This document shows positions 41,626 through 52,994 of a DNA stretch of 64,000 bases, one piece after another (position 1 is the first letter of the stretch; every line of letters begins with the position of its first letter). The position numbers and the translations under genes were made by a program. The stretch is from contig JAPLOZ010000019.1 in NCBI GenBank assembly GCA_026400435.1, positions 5,311-69,310 of the forward strand. Direction: 5' to 3'. The notes beneath the pieces were generated by a model, which ran no database searches, had not been told where the DNA came from, and saw nothing but the letters and a program-made list of their open reading frames with translations. The DNA comes from Hyphomicrobiales bacterium (lineage in GTDB: Bacteria > Pseudomonadota > Alphaproteobacteria > Rhizobiales > Rhizobiaceae).

Positions 41626-42525
41626 CTATGTAGCGACCTTGACGCTGGACGCGTCAAAGATGCTGTCGATCGCCGCGGCCAGCGCCGCGTTGAACTCAGC
41701 ATCGCTCTGCTTCGCCGAAAGCCCTTCGGTCAAGGCGCGCGAGAAGCTGGCGATCATGCCGACATTGTGCTTCAGCATGTCGTTGGCTTCGTCGCGGGGA
41801 TAACCGCCCGACAGGGCGACGACGCGCATCACCCTGGGATCATCGATCAGCGGCTTGTAGAGGTTGGCCTTGGTGGGCAGCGAGAGCTTCAGCATGACCT
41901 GTTTGCCTTCAGGCACGCCGTTGAGGTGCTTCTTGATCTCGGCCAGCAAGATCTCCTCCGCCTGCGCCTTGTCAGCGATCGAGATCGTGACCTCCGGCTC
42001 GATGATCGGAACGAGGCCGTGCGACAGGATCTGCCGGCCGACTTCGAACTGCTGGTCGACGACATCGGCGATGCCCTTGGGGTTGGCGGCGTCGATCACC
42101 GAACGCATCTTGGTGCCGAATATTCCCTTCGCCACCGCGCGTTTCAAGAGCGCGTCGAGGGTCGGCATGGGCTTCATGGGCTTCACGCCGTCCTTTGCTT
42201 CCGCTAGTCCGCCGTCGACCTTGAGGAACGGCACCACGTGACGGTTTCCCCAGAGATATTGGGCCGTCGGCGTACCGTCGATGTCGCGGTCCATTGTCTG
42301 CTCGAACAGGATCGCGCCCATAACCTTGTCGCCGGTGAAGGCGGGAGATTTGATGATGCGCGCGCGCATCTGGTGCACGAGGTCGAACATCTGCGCCTCA
42401 TTAGACCAGGCGCTTTCGTCGATGCCGTAGAGCTTGAGCGCCTTCGGCGTCGAGCCGCCAGACTGATCGAGCGCCGCAATGAAGCCGTTCTTGTGTCCAG
42501 CCTGCGTGGCCATGTCCTTGTTCAT
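41626..42525 (-). CDS. fda: Fructose-bisphosphate aldolase class I
   Basis: GFIAALDQSGGSTPKAL, AILFEQTM, FGTKMRS, PIIEPEV, VVALSGGY, ASFSRAL. Confidence 0.93.
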   Translation of the reverse strand: MNKDMATQAGHKNGFIAALDQSGGSTPKALKLYGIDESAWSNEAQMFDLVHQMRARIIKSPAFTGDKVMGAILFEQTMDRDIDGTPTAQYLWGNRHVVPFLKVDGGLAEAKDGVKPMKPMPTLDALLKRAVAKGIFGTKMRSVIDAANPKGIADVVDQQFEVGRQILSHGLVPIIEPEVTISIADKAQAEEILLAEIKKHLNGVPEGKQVMLKLSLPTKANLYKPLIDDPRVMRVVALSGGYPRDEANDMLKHNVGMIASFSRALTEGLSAKQSDAEFNAALAAAIDSIFDASSVKVAT

Positions 42526-42617
42526 CAGTTCCTCCGAAGTCGAGCAATTCGAGAATTCAATACGTCAACATGGGTTGCAACGCTACCATGCCGCACGGGC
42601 CGCGCCGAAGAAGAGCC

Positions 42618-43817
42618 TCAAGCCTTCTTCAGCACCTCGACGCCGGGCAGGTCCTTGCCTTCCATCCATTCGAGGAAAGCGCCGCCGGCGGTTGAGACAT
42701 AGGTGAAGTCGTCGGCGGCACCCGCATGGTTGAGCGCCGCGACAGTGTCGCCGCCGCCGGCGACCGAGAGAAGCTTGCCGGCTTTGGTACGGCTTGCGGC
42801 ATGCCTGGCGGCCGCCACCGTAGCCTTGTCGAAGGGCTTGATCTCGAAGGCGCCGAGCGGACCGTTCCAGACCAGCGTGGCGGCGCGGTCGATCCACTCG
42901 TTGATCGTGTCGATTGTTTTCGGGCCGACATCGAGGATCATGGCGTCGCCGGGAACGGCGCCGACAAGAACCACCTCGCTTGCCGCGCCGGCCTTGAATT
43001 CCCTTGCGACGACGGCGTCAGAGGGCAGGACGATGGCGCAGCCGGCGGTGGCTGCCTCGATCATGATCTGCCGCGCGGTGGGCGCGAGGTCATGTTCGCA
43101 CAGCGACTTGCCGACATTCTCGCCGCGCGCTGCGAGAAAGGTGTTGGCCATGCCGCCGCCGATGACCAGCGCATCGACCTTCTTGACGAGGTTCATCAGG
43201 AGATCGAGCTTGGACGAGACCTTGGCTCCGCCGACGATTGCCACAACGGGCTTTTCGGGGCTGCCTAGGCCGCGATCGAGCGCCTCCAGTTCGGCTTCCA
43301 TGGTACGCCCGGCGTAGGCCGGCAGAATGTTGGCTAGGCCTTCGGTCGAGCAATGCGCGCGGTGGGCCGCCGAGAACGCGTCGTTGACGAAGATGTCGCC
43401 GTTGGCGGCAAGCTTTTCGGTGTAGGCGCGGTCGTTCTTCTCCTCGCCCTTGTAGAACCGGGTGTTCTCGAGCAGCGCGATGTCGCCTGGCAACATGGCG
43501 AAGATCGCGCCGCCGACCATCTCGCCGATGCTGTCGGGTATGAAGGTGACGTTGCGGCCGATGATGTCGGCCGTCGCCCTGGCGATCGGCGCGAGCGACA
43601 GGTCGGGGTCCGGACCATCCTTGGGTCGGCCGAAATGCGCCAGCAGCACGACCTTGGCACCCTTGTCGGACAGTTCGAGGATGGTCGGCGCGACACGCTC
43701 GATGCGGGTTGCATCTGTGACCTTGCCGTCGGCCATGGGCACGTTGAGATCGACCCTGACGAGCACCCGCTTGCCTTTGATATCCCCGAGATCGTCAAGC
43801 GTGCGAAAGTGGGCCAT
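42618..43817 (-). CDS. pgk: Phosphoglycerate kinase
   Basis: [55 protein letters not shown]. Confidence 0.97.
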   Translation of the reverse strand: MAHFRTLDDLGDIKGKRVLVRVDLNVPMADGKVTDATRIERVAPTILELSDKGAKVVLLAHFGRPKDGPDPDLSLAPIARATADIIGRNVTFIPDSIGEMVGGAIFAMLPGDIALLENTRFYKGEEKNDRAYTEKLAANGDIFVNDAFSAAHRAHCSTEGLANILPAYAGRTMEAELEALDRGLGSPEKPVVAIVGGAKVSSKLDLLMNLVKKVDALVIGGGMANTFLAARGENVGKSLCEHDLAPTARQIMIEAATAGCAIVLPSDAVVAREFKAGAASEVVLVGAVPGDAMILDVGPKTIDTINEWIDRAATLVWNGPLGAFEIKPFDKATVAAARHAASRTKAGKLLSVAGGGDTVAALNHAGAADDFTYVSTAGGAFLEWMEGKDLPGVEVLKKA

Positions 43818-43916
43818 GGTGGTCTCCTTGGTATCTGGGGCCGGGCGAGTGGGATCGGCAATCTGGGCGGGGGGACATTATCGCGGCGCGATGCGGATGC
43901 AAATCGGCACGCGGTT

Positions 43917-45764
43917 TCAGGGGTCGGTCTTTTCGGCCTCGCCCGGCGTGGGGACGGGCTTTGCCCGCCGCTTGAGCAGCGCGCGGATCCTGTCGACCAA
44001 TTCCGCCGGGCTGAGGAAGGCCGGTATGCTGGCCGTGGCGGCGGCGGCCGGCTCCAGCGACAGCCCCACGGACGCGATCTTGCCGCCCTCCTCGACATCG
44101 CGAACGATCAGTTCGATGACGCCGAGCGAGACGCGGTCGGCATATTCCGCATGGCCGCCCAGGCGCTGGCGCATCAACTGGCCAATCGTGAGTTTACGCT
44201 CCGTCTCGGTCAGCCCGATCTCGTAGTTGACCTCCAGTTCGTCGGCCGAGCGGTTGGGGTCCAACGCAAAGGAACCGAAGAAATCGGCGTCTTCGGGGTC
44301 CACCTCGGAGCGGCTGGCGAACAGCCGGTCGAGCAGGCGGGGATAGCGCTCCGAGACGAAGATATAGACGTGGTCGCCGGCCACGAGGCGGCCGGACTCC
44401 TGATACTTCATCGAGCGGCCGGAGCGCACGACAAGCGAAGGCCGCGCCCAGCGCGGGATGCGCTCGCCGCGTTCGACCGGACTGCCGGCGACGACCGTAT
44501 AGGCGAGCAATTCGTGGTGGGCGGAGCCGGGCAGTTCCAGTTCCACCTTGTCGAGCGGTCCGATGCGCTGCGGGACGATGAGGCCGAGCCGCCGCGCCAG
44601 CGGGCCGATCGTCCAACCCTGGATCACGAGTGACACAAGCACGACGATGAAGGCGGCGTTGAAAATGGCCCGCCCGTTTTCAAGGCCGCCAAGCAACGGC
44701 GTGATGGCGAGCAGGATGGAGACCGCGCCGCGCAACCCAACCCACGAGATGAAGGCGGTCTCCTGCCGCTGAAAGCCGAAGGGCAGGAGGCAGAGCCACA
44801 CGGCGATCGGGCGCGCCACGAAGACGAGGAACAGTCCAAGCGCCACCGCGACGGGCAGGATGCCGAGAAATTGAGACGGCGTCGCAAACAGCCCAAGCAC
44901 CAGAAACATGATGATCTGGGCGAGCCACGAAACGCCCTCCTGGAACCGCTTCAGGCCGGCCTCGGCGCGAATGCGCGAATTGCCGGCGACCAACCCGGCC
45001 AGATAGACGGCCAGGAAACCCGAGCCGCCGAAAGCGCCGCCGGCCGCGAAAACCAGCAGCGAAAGTGTCAGCACGAAGATGGGGAGCAGGCCGAGATCGA
45101 GATTCAGGCGTGCAACCAGGCGGACGATGGCAAAGCCGCCGACCACGCCGACGAGGGCGCCGATGCCCATCTGGATAATGAAGCCGGAGACGATGTCCAT
45201 CAACAGTGCATCGGCGGCCGGGTCGAAGCCGGTGGCGATCACCTCGACCAGCGTGATGGTCAGGAAGATGGCGATCGGGTCATTGGTGCCGGACTCGATC
45301 TCGAGCGTCGAGCGGACGCGGTCGCGCAGATGCAGATTGCCGGCGCGCAGCAGGAAGAAAACGGCGGCGGCGTCGGTAGAGGCGACGGCGGCGCCGAGCA
45401 GGAAAGATTCCAGCCAGCCGAAGTCGGTCAGGTAGTGGGCCGCGACGCCGAACATCCCGGTGGTCAGGATGACACCCAGCGTGGCCAGCGACAGTGCCGG
45501 CAGCGCGGCCTGGCGCAGCGCGGACAACGGTGTACCGAACCCGGACTCAAAGAGGATAAGCGCGAGCGCAAGCGAGCCGACGAAATAAGCGAGCTGCGCA
45601 TTGTCGAACTGAATGCCCAATCCGTCGACGCCGGCGGCGAGGCCAAGGCCAAGGAAGAGAAGTAGAAGCGGGGCGCCGAAGCGGAAGGCGATCAGGCTCG
45701 AAAACGCGGCTGCAAGCACGAGCGCCGTGCCGGCCAGCGTTACGAGGTAGATCGACTGCTCCAT
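43917..45764 (-). CDS. cvrA: Potassium/proton antiporter (CvrA/NhaP2)
   Basis: ASTDAAAVF, EIESGTNDP, WVGLRGAVSILLA, C-terminal TrkA-C and CorC-like domains. Confidence 0.88.
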   Translation of the reverse strand: MEQSIYLVTLAGTALVLAAAFSSLIAFRFGAPLLLLFLGLGLAAGVDGLGIQFDNAQLAYFVGSLALALILFESGFGTPLSALRQAALPALSLATLGVILTTGMFGVAAHYLTDFGWLESFLLGAAVASTDAAAVFFLLRAGNLHLRDRVRSTLEIESGTNDPIAIFLTITLVEVIATGFDPAADALLMDIVSGFIIQMGIGALVGVVGGFAIVRLVARLNLDLGLLPIFVLTLSLLVFAAGGAFGGSGFLAVYLAGLVAGNSRIRAEAGLKRFQEGVSWLAQIIMFLVLGLFATPSQFLGILPVAVALGLFLVFVARPIAVWLCLLPFGFQRQETAFISWVGLRGAVSILLAITPLLGGLENGRAIFNAAFIVVLVSLVIQGWTIGPLARRLGLIVPQRIGPLDKVELELPGSAHHELLAYTVVAGSPVERGERIPRWARPSLVVRSGRSMKYQESGRLVAGDHVYIFVSERYPRLLDRLFASRSEVDPEDADFFGSFALDPNRSADELEVNYEIGLTETERKLTIGQLMRQRLGGHAEYADRVSLGVIELIVRDVEEGGKIASVGLSLEPAAAATASIPAFLSPAELVDRIRALLKRRAKPVPTPGEAEKTDP

Positions 45765-45895
45765 GGCTACAAGGTCCCTCCTGCCATCTTCCGGGATAGC
45801 GCAGAGTGAGGCGAAGAAAAGGCGCGACGCGCGCCGGTTGCACGTTTTAGCCGGCTGATGGCGAGATTTCCCTGACCCGCGCCACCCGGGGCGGG

Positions 45896-46801
45896 TCACG
45901 AATAGAAATATCTTTCCGCCGGCAGGGCTGGCGGGGCGGGCTCGCCGAGCGCCTCGAACACCGAGATTTCGCACACGCGGCAGAGGCTGTCGAGCGCGAG
46001 GTCATTGGCTTCCGTACCGAACGGGTCCTCGAGTTCTTCCGACAAGGCGTCGAGGCCGAAGAAGGTGTATGCGATCAATGCCGTGAAGAGTGGGGTTGCC
46101 CAACCGGTCGTCGTGACAAGGCCGAACGGCAGGAGCAGAAGGACGATGTAAGCCGTTCTCTGAAGCAGCAAGGTGTAAGCGAATGGAAGCGGCGTGCCGG
46201 CGATGCGCTCGCAGCCGGCCTGTACCGCAGCAAGCGTCGCCAGACGCTCGTCAAGGATACGAAATCCCAGGCTGTCGATCGCCTCGCCGCGGCGCAGGCC
46301 CGCGATCCTCGATCCCATTCGCCGAACCATCTCGTCTGGTTTGTTGGCGAAGGCGGCGATGCCGTCGGCCTTGCCGCCAAGCAGGTCGTTGACCCGGGCC
46401 ATCGCGTCAACGCCGCGCAGTTGCCCGCGCAGGAGATGGCAGAAGGCGAGTGAGTCGATCAGCAGGTCCCGCCACTCGCCTCGATCCGGGATCAGTCCGC
46501 TGCTGGCGCGCGCGATGTTCCTGATTTCGTAGACAAGCTGGCCCCAGAGTTTGCGGGCCTCCCACCAGCGGTCATAGGCGGCGTTGTTTCGAAAACCGAG
46601 ATAGATGGAAAGCGTGACGGCGATCAGGCCAAACGGCGCGATGTTGAAATCCCTGAGCGAGAGCCCGGTCGCGTGCACCGCTGCAACGACCAAAGCGGCA
46701 TAGGCGGCAAAGCCGATGATCTGCGGCAGGATGCGCGGCACGACCGAGCCGCGCATGACGAAGAAGAGCTTCAGGAAACTCGGCCTGGGGCGGATGATCA
46801 T
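45896..46801 (-). CDS. Bestrophin family ion channel (YneE-like)
   Basis: LGFRNNAAYDRWWEARKLWG, CERIAGTPLPFAY, EELEDPFG.EANDL. Confidence 0.9.
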   Translation of the reverse strand: MIIRPRPSFLKLFFVMRGSVVPRILPQIIGFAAYAALVVAAVHATGLSLRDFNIAPFGLIAVTLSIYLGFRNNAAYDRWWEARKLWGQLVYEIRNIARASSGLIPDRGEWRDLLIDSLAFCHLLRGQLRGVDAMARVNDLLGGKADGIAAFANKPDEMVRRMGSRIAGLRRGEAIDSLGFRILDERLATLAAVQAGCERIAGTPLPFAYTLLLQRTAYIVLLLLPFGLVTTTGWATPLFTALIAYTFFGLDALSEELEDPFGTEANDLALDSLCRVCEISVFEALGEPAPPALPAERYFYS

Positions 46802-46817
46802 GGCGGGCTCCCCAAAT

Positions 46818-46843
46818 AAAACGCCCGGACAAGCCGGGCGTTT
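46818..46843 (-). terminator. Rho-independent terminator after gap
   Basis: Minus strand AAACGCCCGG-CTTGT-CCGGGCGTTTT followed by ATTT. Confidence 0.75.
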
Positions 46844-46868
46844 CGAAGAGTGATGCGACGCGTCGCCG

Positions 46869-47879
46869 TCAGGCGATCGTCTTGGCGAAGGCCACCGATG
46901 TGTCGGCCATGCGGTTCGAGAAGCCCCACTCATTGTCGTACCAGGACAGCACGGAGACGAAATTGCCGTCCATGACCTTGGTCTGGTCGAGCGCCAGCGT
47001 GGAGGAATGCGGATCGTGGTTGAAGTCGATCGATACATTCGGATGGGCCGTCACGGCGAGGATGCCCTTCAGCTTGCCCTTCGACGCCGCGATGACCGCG
47101 TTGTTGATCTCTTCGACCGTGGTGTTCTTCTTGGCGATGAACTTGAAATCGACGACCGAGACGTTGGGCGTCGGCACGCGGATCGAGATGCCGTCGAGCT
47201 TGCCTTTGAGTTCCGGAATAACCAGGCCGATGGCCTTGGCAGCGCCCGTCGAGGTCGGGATCTGCGACAGAGCGGCGGCGCGAGCGCGGTACAGGTCCTT
47301 GTGCATGGTATCGAGCGTCGGCTGGTCACCGGTGTAGGAGTGGATTGTCGTCATCATACCCTTTTCGATGCCGACAGCCTCGTGCAGCACGGCCGCCAGC
47401 GGGGCCAGGCAGTTGGTGGTGCAGGACGCGTTCGAGATGACGATATGGTCCTTGGACAGCTTGTCGTGGTTGACGCCATAGACGACGGTCAGGTCGGCGC
47501 CATCGGCGGGCGCCGAGACGATGACGCGCTTGGCGCCGGCCGTCAGATGCGCAGCGGCCTTGTCGCGGGCGGTGAAGATGCCGGTGCATTCGAGCGCGAT
47601 GTCGACGCCGAGATCCTTCCACGGAAGCTGAGCCGGATCGCGCACGGCCAGCACCTTGAACTTCTCCTTGCCGATGCTGATGGCATCGCCATCGACGCCG
47701 ACTTCATGCGGAAATTTGCCGTGGACGCTGTCGAAACGCAGCAGGTGCGCGTTGGTCTCAACCGGGCCGAGGTCGTTCACGGCGACGATATCGATGTCCT
47801 TGCGACCGGATTCGTAGATGGCCCGAACGATGTTGCGGCCGATCCGGCCAAATCCATTGATTGCGACTCTGACAGCCAT
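46869..47879 (-). CDS. gap: Type I glyceraldehyde-3-phosphate dehydrogenase
   Basis: [29 protein letters not shown]. Confidence 0.97.
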   Translation of the reverse strand: MAVRVAINGFGRIGRNIVRAIYESGRKDIDIVAVNDLGPVETNAHLLRFDSVHGKFPHEVGVDGDAISIGKEKFKVLAVRDPAQLPWKDLGVDIALECTGIFTARDKAAAHLTAGAKRVIVSAPADGADLTVVYGVNHDKLSKDHIVISNASCTTNCLAPLAAVLHEAVGIEKGMMTTIHSYTGDQPTLDTMHKDLYRARAAALSQIPTSTGAAKAIGLVIPELKGKLDGISIRVPTPNVSVVDFKFIAKKNTTVEEINNAVIAASKGKLKGILAVTAHPNVSIDFNHDPHSSTLALDQTKVMDGNFVSVLSWYDNEWGFSNRMADTSVAFAKTIA

Positions 47880-47960
47880 GTCATGCTCCTGCAGCGCTTG
47901 GGAAGGGTCGCTGTCTCATAGCGGCGAACCCGCAAAGAATCCAGACGCACCGACCAGGAA

Positions 47961-47975
47961 TTTAAATCGATTAGT
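47961..47975. promoter_or_regulatory. LacI-type (PckR-like) operator upstream of gap
   Basis: AT-rich TTTAAATCGATTAGT with an AATCGATT dyad core in the tkt-gap spacer. Confidence 0.5.
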
Positions 47976-48010
47976 GCCGAACCATTGGACCAGTTCGGAC
48001 CGGACGCGCC

Positions 48011-50062
48011 TCAGGGGTGAGGGCGCGCCGGTTCGCTGGCCGGGATGGTGCGGGCGTCCTCGCCCTTCGGCACGCCGTTCCTGACCCGGTCCGTGACGAT
48101 GCTGGCGACGGCGTCGGCGGTGATGCCGAAATATTTGTAGAGCTCCTTGGCAGGCGCGCTGGCGCCGAAGCCGGTCATGCCGACGAACGCGCCGTCCGAG
48201 CCGACGAAGCGGTCCCAGCCGAGCCGGATAGCCGCCTCGACCGCGATCTTGACCGGCGCCTTGCCAAGCACCTTCTCGCGATAGGCCTTGTCCTGTTCCT
48301 CGAACAGCTCGAAGCACGGCACGGAGACGACGCGCGTCGGAATGCCCTGCGCCTGCAGCATGTCGCGTGCGTCGAGCGCGATCTCGACCTCGGAGCCGCT
48401 GGCGAAGATGGTGGCCTTGGCGTCGCCGCCCTCGGACGCCGCCAGTTCGTACGCGCCCTTGGCGGAGAGGTTTTCCGCGACGTATTCGGTGCGCACGGCG
48501 CGCAGGTCCTGGCGGGTCAGCACCAGCGTCGACGGCGCGGTGGTGGAATGGATAGCCGCCTGCCAGCACTCGGCGGTTTCCATCGCGTCGGCCGGCCGGA
48601 AGACGAGATGGTTGGGGATGGCACGCATGGCAGCAAGGTGCTCGACCGGCTGGTGCGTCGGACCGTCCTCGCCAAGACCGATCGAATCGTGGGTCATCAC
48701 GAACAGCGAGCGGATGCCCATCAGCGAGGCGAGGCGCATAGCCGGTCGCGCGTAGTCGGTGAAGCAGAAGAACGTGCCGCCGTAGGCGATCAGTCCACCA
48801 TGCAGCGTGATGCCGTTGAGGGCCGCCGCCATGGCATGCTCGCGGATGCCATAGTGGACATAGCGGTTGGCGTAGTTGGCGGATGACAGCTCCAGCAACT
48901 GGCTGGTCTTGGTGTTGTTGGAGGGCGTCAGGTCGGCTGAGCCGCCGATCGTTTCAGGCAGCGTGCCGTTGATGATCTCAAGCGCCATCTCCGACGACTT
49001 GCGGGTGGCTACCTTGGGCTTATCGGCCGCCAGCTTCTGCTTGTAGGCGGCGAGGGCACCGTCGAAGCCGGAATGCAGAGTGCCGTCTGTGCGGCGGCTG
49101 AACTCGACGCCGCGCTCGCCCGCAGCGGCTAGCCGCTTCTGCCAGTCTGCCCGGGGAACGGCGCCACGGGCGCCCGCCGCGCGCCAAGGCGACAGCACTT
49201 CGTCCGGGATGACGAAAGGCGGCCACTCCCAGTTGAGCGCCTTGCGGGCGCCGGCGATCTCGTCCTTGCCGAGCGGCGAGCCGTGCACGGCCTTGGTGCC
49301 GGCCTTGGTCGGCGCACCGAAACCGATGGTGGTCTTGGCGGCGATCAGCGTTGGCTTGTCGGACTTCTGCGCGGTCTCGATGGCGGCTGCGATGGCATCC
49401 GGATCGTGGCCGTCGATGTGGAAGGCGTTCCAGCCGGAGGCTTCGACGCGGGCCACCTTGTCGGTGATGTCGGCGAGCGACACCGGGCCGTCGATGGAGA
49501 TGTTGTTGTTGTCCCAGAACAGGATCAGCTTGTTGAGCTTCAGGCGGCCGGCCAGTGCGATAGCCTCCTGGCTGATGCCTTCCATCAGGCAGCCATCGCC
49601 GCAGATGACATAGGTATGGTGATCGACGAGGTCGTCGCCGAACTGGGCGTTCATCACGCGCTCGGCGAGCGCCATGCCGACGCCGTTGGCGATGCCCTGG
49701 CCGAGCGGACCGGTGGTGGTCTCGATGCCTGCCGCGAAGCCGTATTCCGGGTGGCCGGCGGTCTTGGAACCGAGCTGGCGGAAATGCTCAAGCTGGTCGA
49801 TCGTCATGTCCGGATAGCCGGTCAGGTACAGGCACGAATAGAGCAGCATCGAGCCGTGACCGGCCGACAGCACGAAGCGGTCGCGGTCGGGCCATTTCGG
49901 ATTGGCGGGATCGAATTTCAGGTAGCGCGTGAACAGCACCGTGGCGACGTCGGCCATGCCCATCGGCAGGCCGGGATGGCCAGAGTTCGCCTTCTCGACG
50001 GCGTCCATGGAAAGGAAGCGTATGGCGTTCGCCATAAGGTCATGCTTGTCGCGCGAGGCCAT
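48011..50062 (-). CDS. tkt: Transketolase
   Basis: [46 protein letters not shown]. Confidence 0.97.
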   Translation of the reverse strand: MASRDKHDLMANAIRFLSMDAVEKANSGHPGLPMGMADVATVLFTRYLKFDPANPKWPDRDRFVLSAGHGSMLLYSCLYLTGYPDMTIDQLEHFRQLGSKTAGHPEYGFAAGIETTTGPLGQGIANGVGMALAERVMNAQFGDDLVDHHTYVICGDGCLMEGISQEAIALAGRLKLNKLILFWDNNNISIDGPVSLADITDKVARVEASGWNAFHIDGHDPDAIAAAIETAQKSDKPTLIAAKTTIGFGAPTKAGTKAVHGSPLGKDEIAGARKALNWEWPPFVIPDEVLSPWRAAGARGAVPRADWQKRLAAAGERGVEFSRRTDGTLHSGFDGALAAYKQKLAADKPKVATRKSSEMALEIINGTLPETIGGSADLTPSNNTKTSQLLELSSANYANRYVHYGIREHAMAAALNGITLHGGLIAYGGTFFCFTDYARPAMRLASLMGIRSLFVMTHDSIGLGEDGPTHQPVEHLAAMRAIPNHLVFRPADAMETAECWQAAIHSTTAPSTLVLTRQDLRAVRTEYVAENLSAKGAYELAASEGGDAKATIFASGSEVEIALDARDMLQAQGIPTRVVSVPCFELFEEQDKAYREKVLGKAPVKIAVEAAIRLGWDRFVGSDGAFVGMTGFGASAPAKELYKYFGITADAVASIVTDRVRNGVPKGEDARTIPASEPARPHP

Positions 50063-50164
50063 GGTTGCTCCGTTTGCGGGTTCGACGGCTGCGGCAGGAA
50101 AGATGCCGCGACCAATATCAGGCACTGCTTTGGTGTCAACAGAATGAAGCTTGGACAAAAGTGC

Positions 50165-51064
50165 TCAGGCTTTCGGCCGACGCTTGACGAAGTCGACGAA
50201 AGCGCGCAGCGGCCCAGGCATGTTGCGGCGGCTGTGATAGTACAGGAACGGCCCGGAAAAAGGCGGCAGCCATTCGCCGAGCACGCTTTCGAGCGCGCCG
50301 CTCTGCAACTCGGACGACAGGAACTCCTCGAATGTCGCGATAAGGCCAATTCCGGCGACCGCCGCAGCAATCTCGAGTTCGATCGCATTGCTCACCAGAG
50401 GGCCGTCGGGAACCACCCTGACAATCTCGCCGTCCTTTTCGAATTCCAGCGGATGCGAGACGCCGCTGGCGAAGCGGTGCCGGATCACCACGTGATCAAG
50501 CACTTCCGAAGGGTGGTTGGGCCTGCCGCGCGCTGCGAAGTAGGAGGGCGCGCCGGCCAGGACGAACCGCTGCTGCCTTGGCCCCAGCGGCACGGCGATC
50601 ATGTCGCGCTCCAGGCGTTCGTCATAGCGAACGCCTGCGTCGAAGCCCGCAGCCAGCACGTCGAGGAAGGTGTCGTCGGCCACCACTTCCATCACGACTG
50701 CCGGATTCTCCGCCAGGAATCCCGTCACCAGGGTCGGCAGGACGGCGCGGGCGACGATGCCCGGCACGTTGAGGCGCAAGGTGCCAACCGGACTGTCGCG
50801 GAACATGTTCACGGCGTCGAGCGCGGCGCCGACTTCCCCAAGGGCCGGCACGAGGCGTTCATACAATTTGGAACCTGCGTCGGTCGGCGTCACTGCGCGC
50901 GTCGTGCGGTTGACCAGACGCACGCCTAAAGTCGATTCCAGGCGGCGCAAAGCCTCGCTCAGCGACGAGGCCGAAACGCCTCGTTTCGCGGCCGCGACGC
51001 GGAAGCCGCCGTCGCGGACAATCGCAGCAAAGGCGTCTAGGTCGTCAAGATGAGGAGTGGGCAT
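50165..51064 (-). CDS. LysR family transcriptional regulator
   Basis: N-terminal HTH FRVAAAKRGVSASSLS..LGVRLVNRTTR, GTLRLN; divergent from the AKR gene. Confidence 0.92.
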   Translation of the reverse strand: MPTPHLDDLDAFAAIVRDGGFRVAAAKRGVSASSLSEALRRLESTLGVRLVNRTTRAVTPTDAGSKLYERLVPALGEVGAALDAVNMFRDSPVGTLRLNVPGIVARAVLPTLVTGFLAENPAVVMEVVADDTFLDVLAAGFDAGVRYDERLERDMIAVPLGPRQQRFVLAGAPSYFAARGRPNHPSEVLDHVVIRHRFASGVSHPLEFEKDGEIVRVVPDGPLVSNAIELEIAAAVAGIGLIATFEEFLSSELQSGALESVLGEWLPPFSGPFLYYHSRRNMPGPLRAFVDFVKRRPKA

Positions 51065-51163
51065 TGTGCATATTCCCGTACGACCTGTTTGCATTGGATA
51101 TGATTATCGCACGAAAGATTGCGCTCCATATAGCGTCCATCGCTTTCAGCACGGAGAAAATCG

Positions 51164-52153
51164 ATGGAAACGCGCACACTCGGCCGTACCGGCCTGGCCA
51201 GCTCGGCGCTAGGCCTGGGCTGCATGGGCATGTCCGATTTTTATGGGCCGGCGGATCGGCAGGAGAGTATCGCAACAATCCACGCGGCGATGGAGGCGGG
51301 TGTGACGCTCCTCGACACCGGCGACTTCTACGGCATGGGCCACAATGAGATGCTGATAGCCGAGGCGGTGAAGGCAACGCGCGACAAAGCGCTCATAAGC
51401 GTCAAATTCGGCGCACTTCGCGGACCGTCGGGCAGCTGGATCGGACAGGACGCCCGGCCCGAAGCTGTAAAGACCTTCGCCGCGTATTCGCTGAAAAGGC
51501 TCGGCACCGACCACATTGACATCTACCGGCCGGCGAGGCTCGACCCGAAGGTGCCTATCGAGGACACCATCGGGGCGATCGCCGATCTGGTCAAGGAGGG
51601 ACACGTCCGCCACATAGGCCTGTCGGAGGTCGGACCTGAAACGCTGAGGCGCGCCCATGCGGTGCACCCCATCGTCGACCTGCAGATCGAGTACTCCCTG
51701 ATCTCGCGCGGCATCGAGGACGCAATCCTGCCCGCATGCCGGGAGCTTGGCATTGGCGTAACCGCCTATGGCGTACTGTCGCGGGGCCTGATCAGCGGTC
51801 ATTGGACAAAGGGCGCGCCCGGCAAGACCGACTTCCGAGGTACCGGCCCGCGTTTTCAGGCCGGAAACGTCGAGCGCAACCTCGCCTTGGTGGAAACCCT
51901 GCGCAAGGTGGCGGAAGGCAGAGGCGTCACCGTCGCCCAGATCGCGATCGCCTGGGTGGCGGCGCAGGGGGATGACATCGTGCCACTGGTTGGCGCGCGT
52001 CGCCGCGACCGCCTTGCGGAAGCCGTTGCATCACTCGACGTGGTACTAGATGCAGGCGCACTCGCGGAGATCGAGAAGGCGGTGCCGAAGGGGGCTGCCG
52101 CGGGCGATCGCTACAATGCGCATGGCATGGCGAGCCTCGACAGCGAGCGCTGA
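51164..52153 (+). CDS. Aldo/keto reductase
   Basis: LGLGCMGMS, LDTGDFYG.G.NE, SLKRLGTDHIDIY, IGLSE, QIEYSL. Confidence 0.93.
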   Translation: METRTLGRTGLASSALGLGCMGMSDFYGPADRQESIATIHAAMEAGVTLLDTGDFYGMGHNEMLIAEAVKATRDKALISVKFGALRGPSGSWIGQDARPEAVKTFAAYSLKRLGTDHIDIYRPARLDPKVPIEDTIGAIADLVKEGHVRHIGLSEVGPETLRRAHAVHPIVDLQIEYSLISRGIEDAILPACRELGIGVTAYGVLSRGLISGHWTKGAPGKTDFRGTGPRFQAGNVERNLALVETLRKVAEGRGVTVAQIAIAWVAAQGDDIVPLVGARRRDRLAEAVASLDVVLDAGALAEIEKAVPKGAAAGDRYNAHGMASLDSER

Positions 52154-52348
52154 CATCGACCGATCTCGCAAGCCGGCGGAGGTCTTGTTCTCCGCGGCTC
52201 CCGTCGGTGACAGTTTCAGGCGTGAGCGTTTGCGGGGGAAAGAGCGGAGAGGTTTGTTGACGGCTAATTCACACGGTGCCTAATGTTTCCCCGATAAATC
52301 GTTCTTAATGCGAACGATTCGGTGATGGGCGGGTCGGATACAGGTGCC

Positions 52349-52621
52349 ATGACCGGGGAAGCGACGTTGAAGGAAGTTCTTGCGCGACTGGGCCGGGCGA
52401 TGGATTCGCTCGAAGCGGTCGCCGCCGGCAGGCTTGAACACGAGCAGGATTATTCCGAGGCCGAGGCGGAAGCGCAGCGGCTGAATGCGGACCGGACGCG
52501 GCTGGCGACCGAACTCGATAATGCCGAAGCGCGCGGCGAGCGCCTCGAAGACGCGAACAAGGAAGTTTCGCGCCGGCTGGTGACCGCGATGGAGACCATT
52601 CGCGCGGTTCTGGACAGGTAG
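52349..52621 (+). CDS. DUF4164 coiled-coil protein
   Basis: DRTRLATELD..ARGERLEDANKEVSRRLVTAMETIRAVLDR; directly upstream of zapA. Confidence 0.82.
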   Translation: MTGEATLKEVLARLGRAMDSLEAVAAGRLEHEQDYSEAEAEAQRLNADRTRLATELDNAEARGERLEDANKEVSRRLVTAMETIRAVLDR

Positions 52622-52625
52622 GACG

Positions 52626-52994
52626 ATGGCTCAGGTTACAGTCACGATCGACGGCAAGGCCTACCGCATGGCCTGCGACGAAGGCCAGGAAGAGCACCTG
52701 ATCGGCCTTGCCCAGCGCTTCGACCGCTACGTTTCGCATCTCAAGGAATCGTTCGGCGAAATCGGCGACCAGAGGCTGACCGTGATGGCTGGCATCATGG
52801 TGATGGACGAGCTTTCCGAGATGCAGAAGCGCCTGATGGGCATGGAAAGCGAGATGGCGACGCTTCGCAAGACACGTGACGATGCGCTGAACAAGGCCGA
52901 CAAGAACGATTCGGCTCTGACCGGCGCGCTCGGTGGACTGGCGCAGCGCATGGAAGCGCTGGCTGAAAAGCTCGCGGTGAAGCCGGCGGCCTAG
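52626..52994 (+). CDS. zapA: Cell division protein ZapA
   Basis: VTVTIDGKAYRMACDEGQEEHL, RLTVMAGIMVMDEL. Confidence 0.92.
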   Translation: MAQVTVTIDGKAYRMACDEGQEEHLIGLAQRFDRYVSHLKESFGEIGDQRLTVMAGIMVMDELSEMQKRLMGMESEMATLRKTRDDALNKADKNDSALTGALGGLAQRMEALAEKLAVKPAA

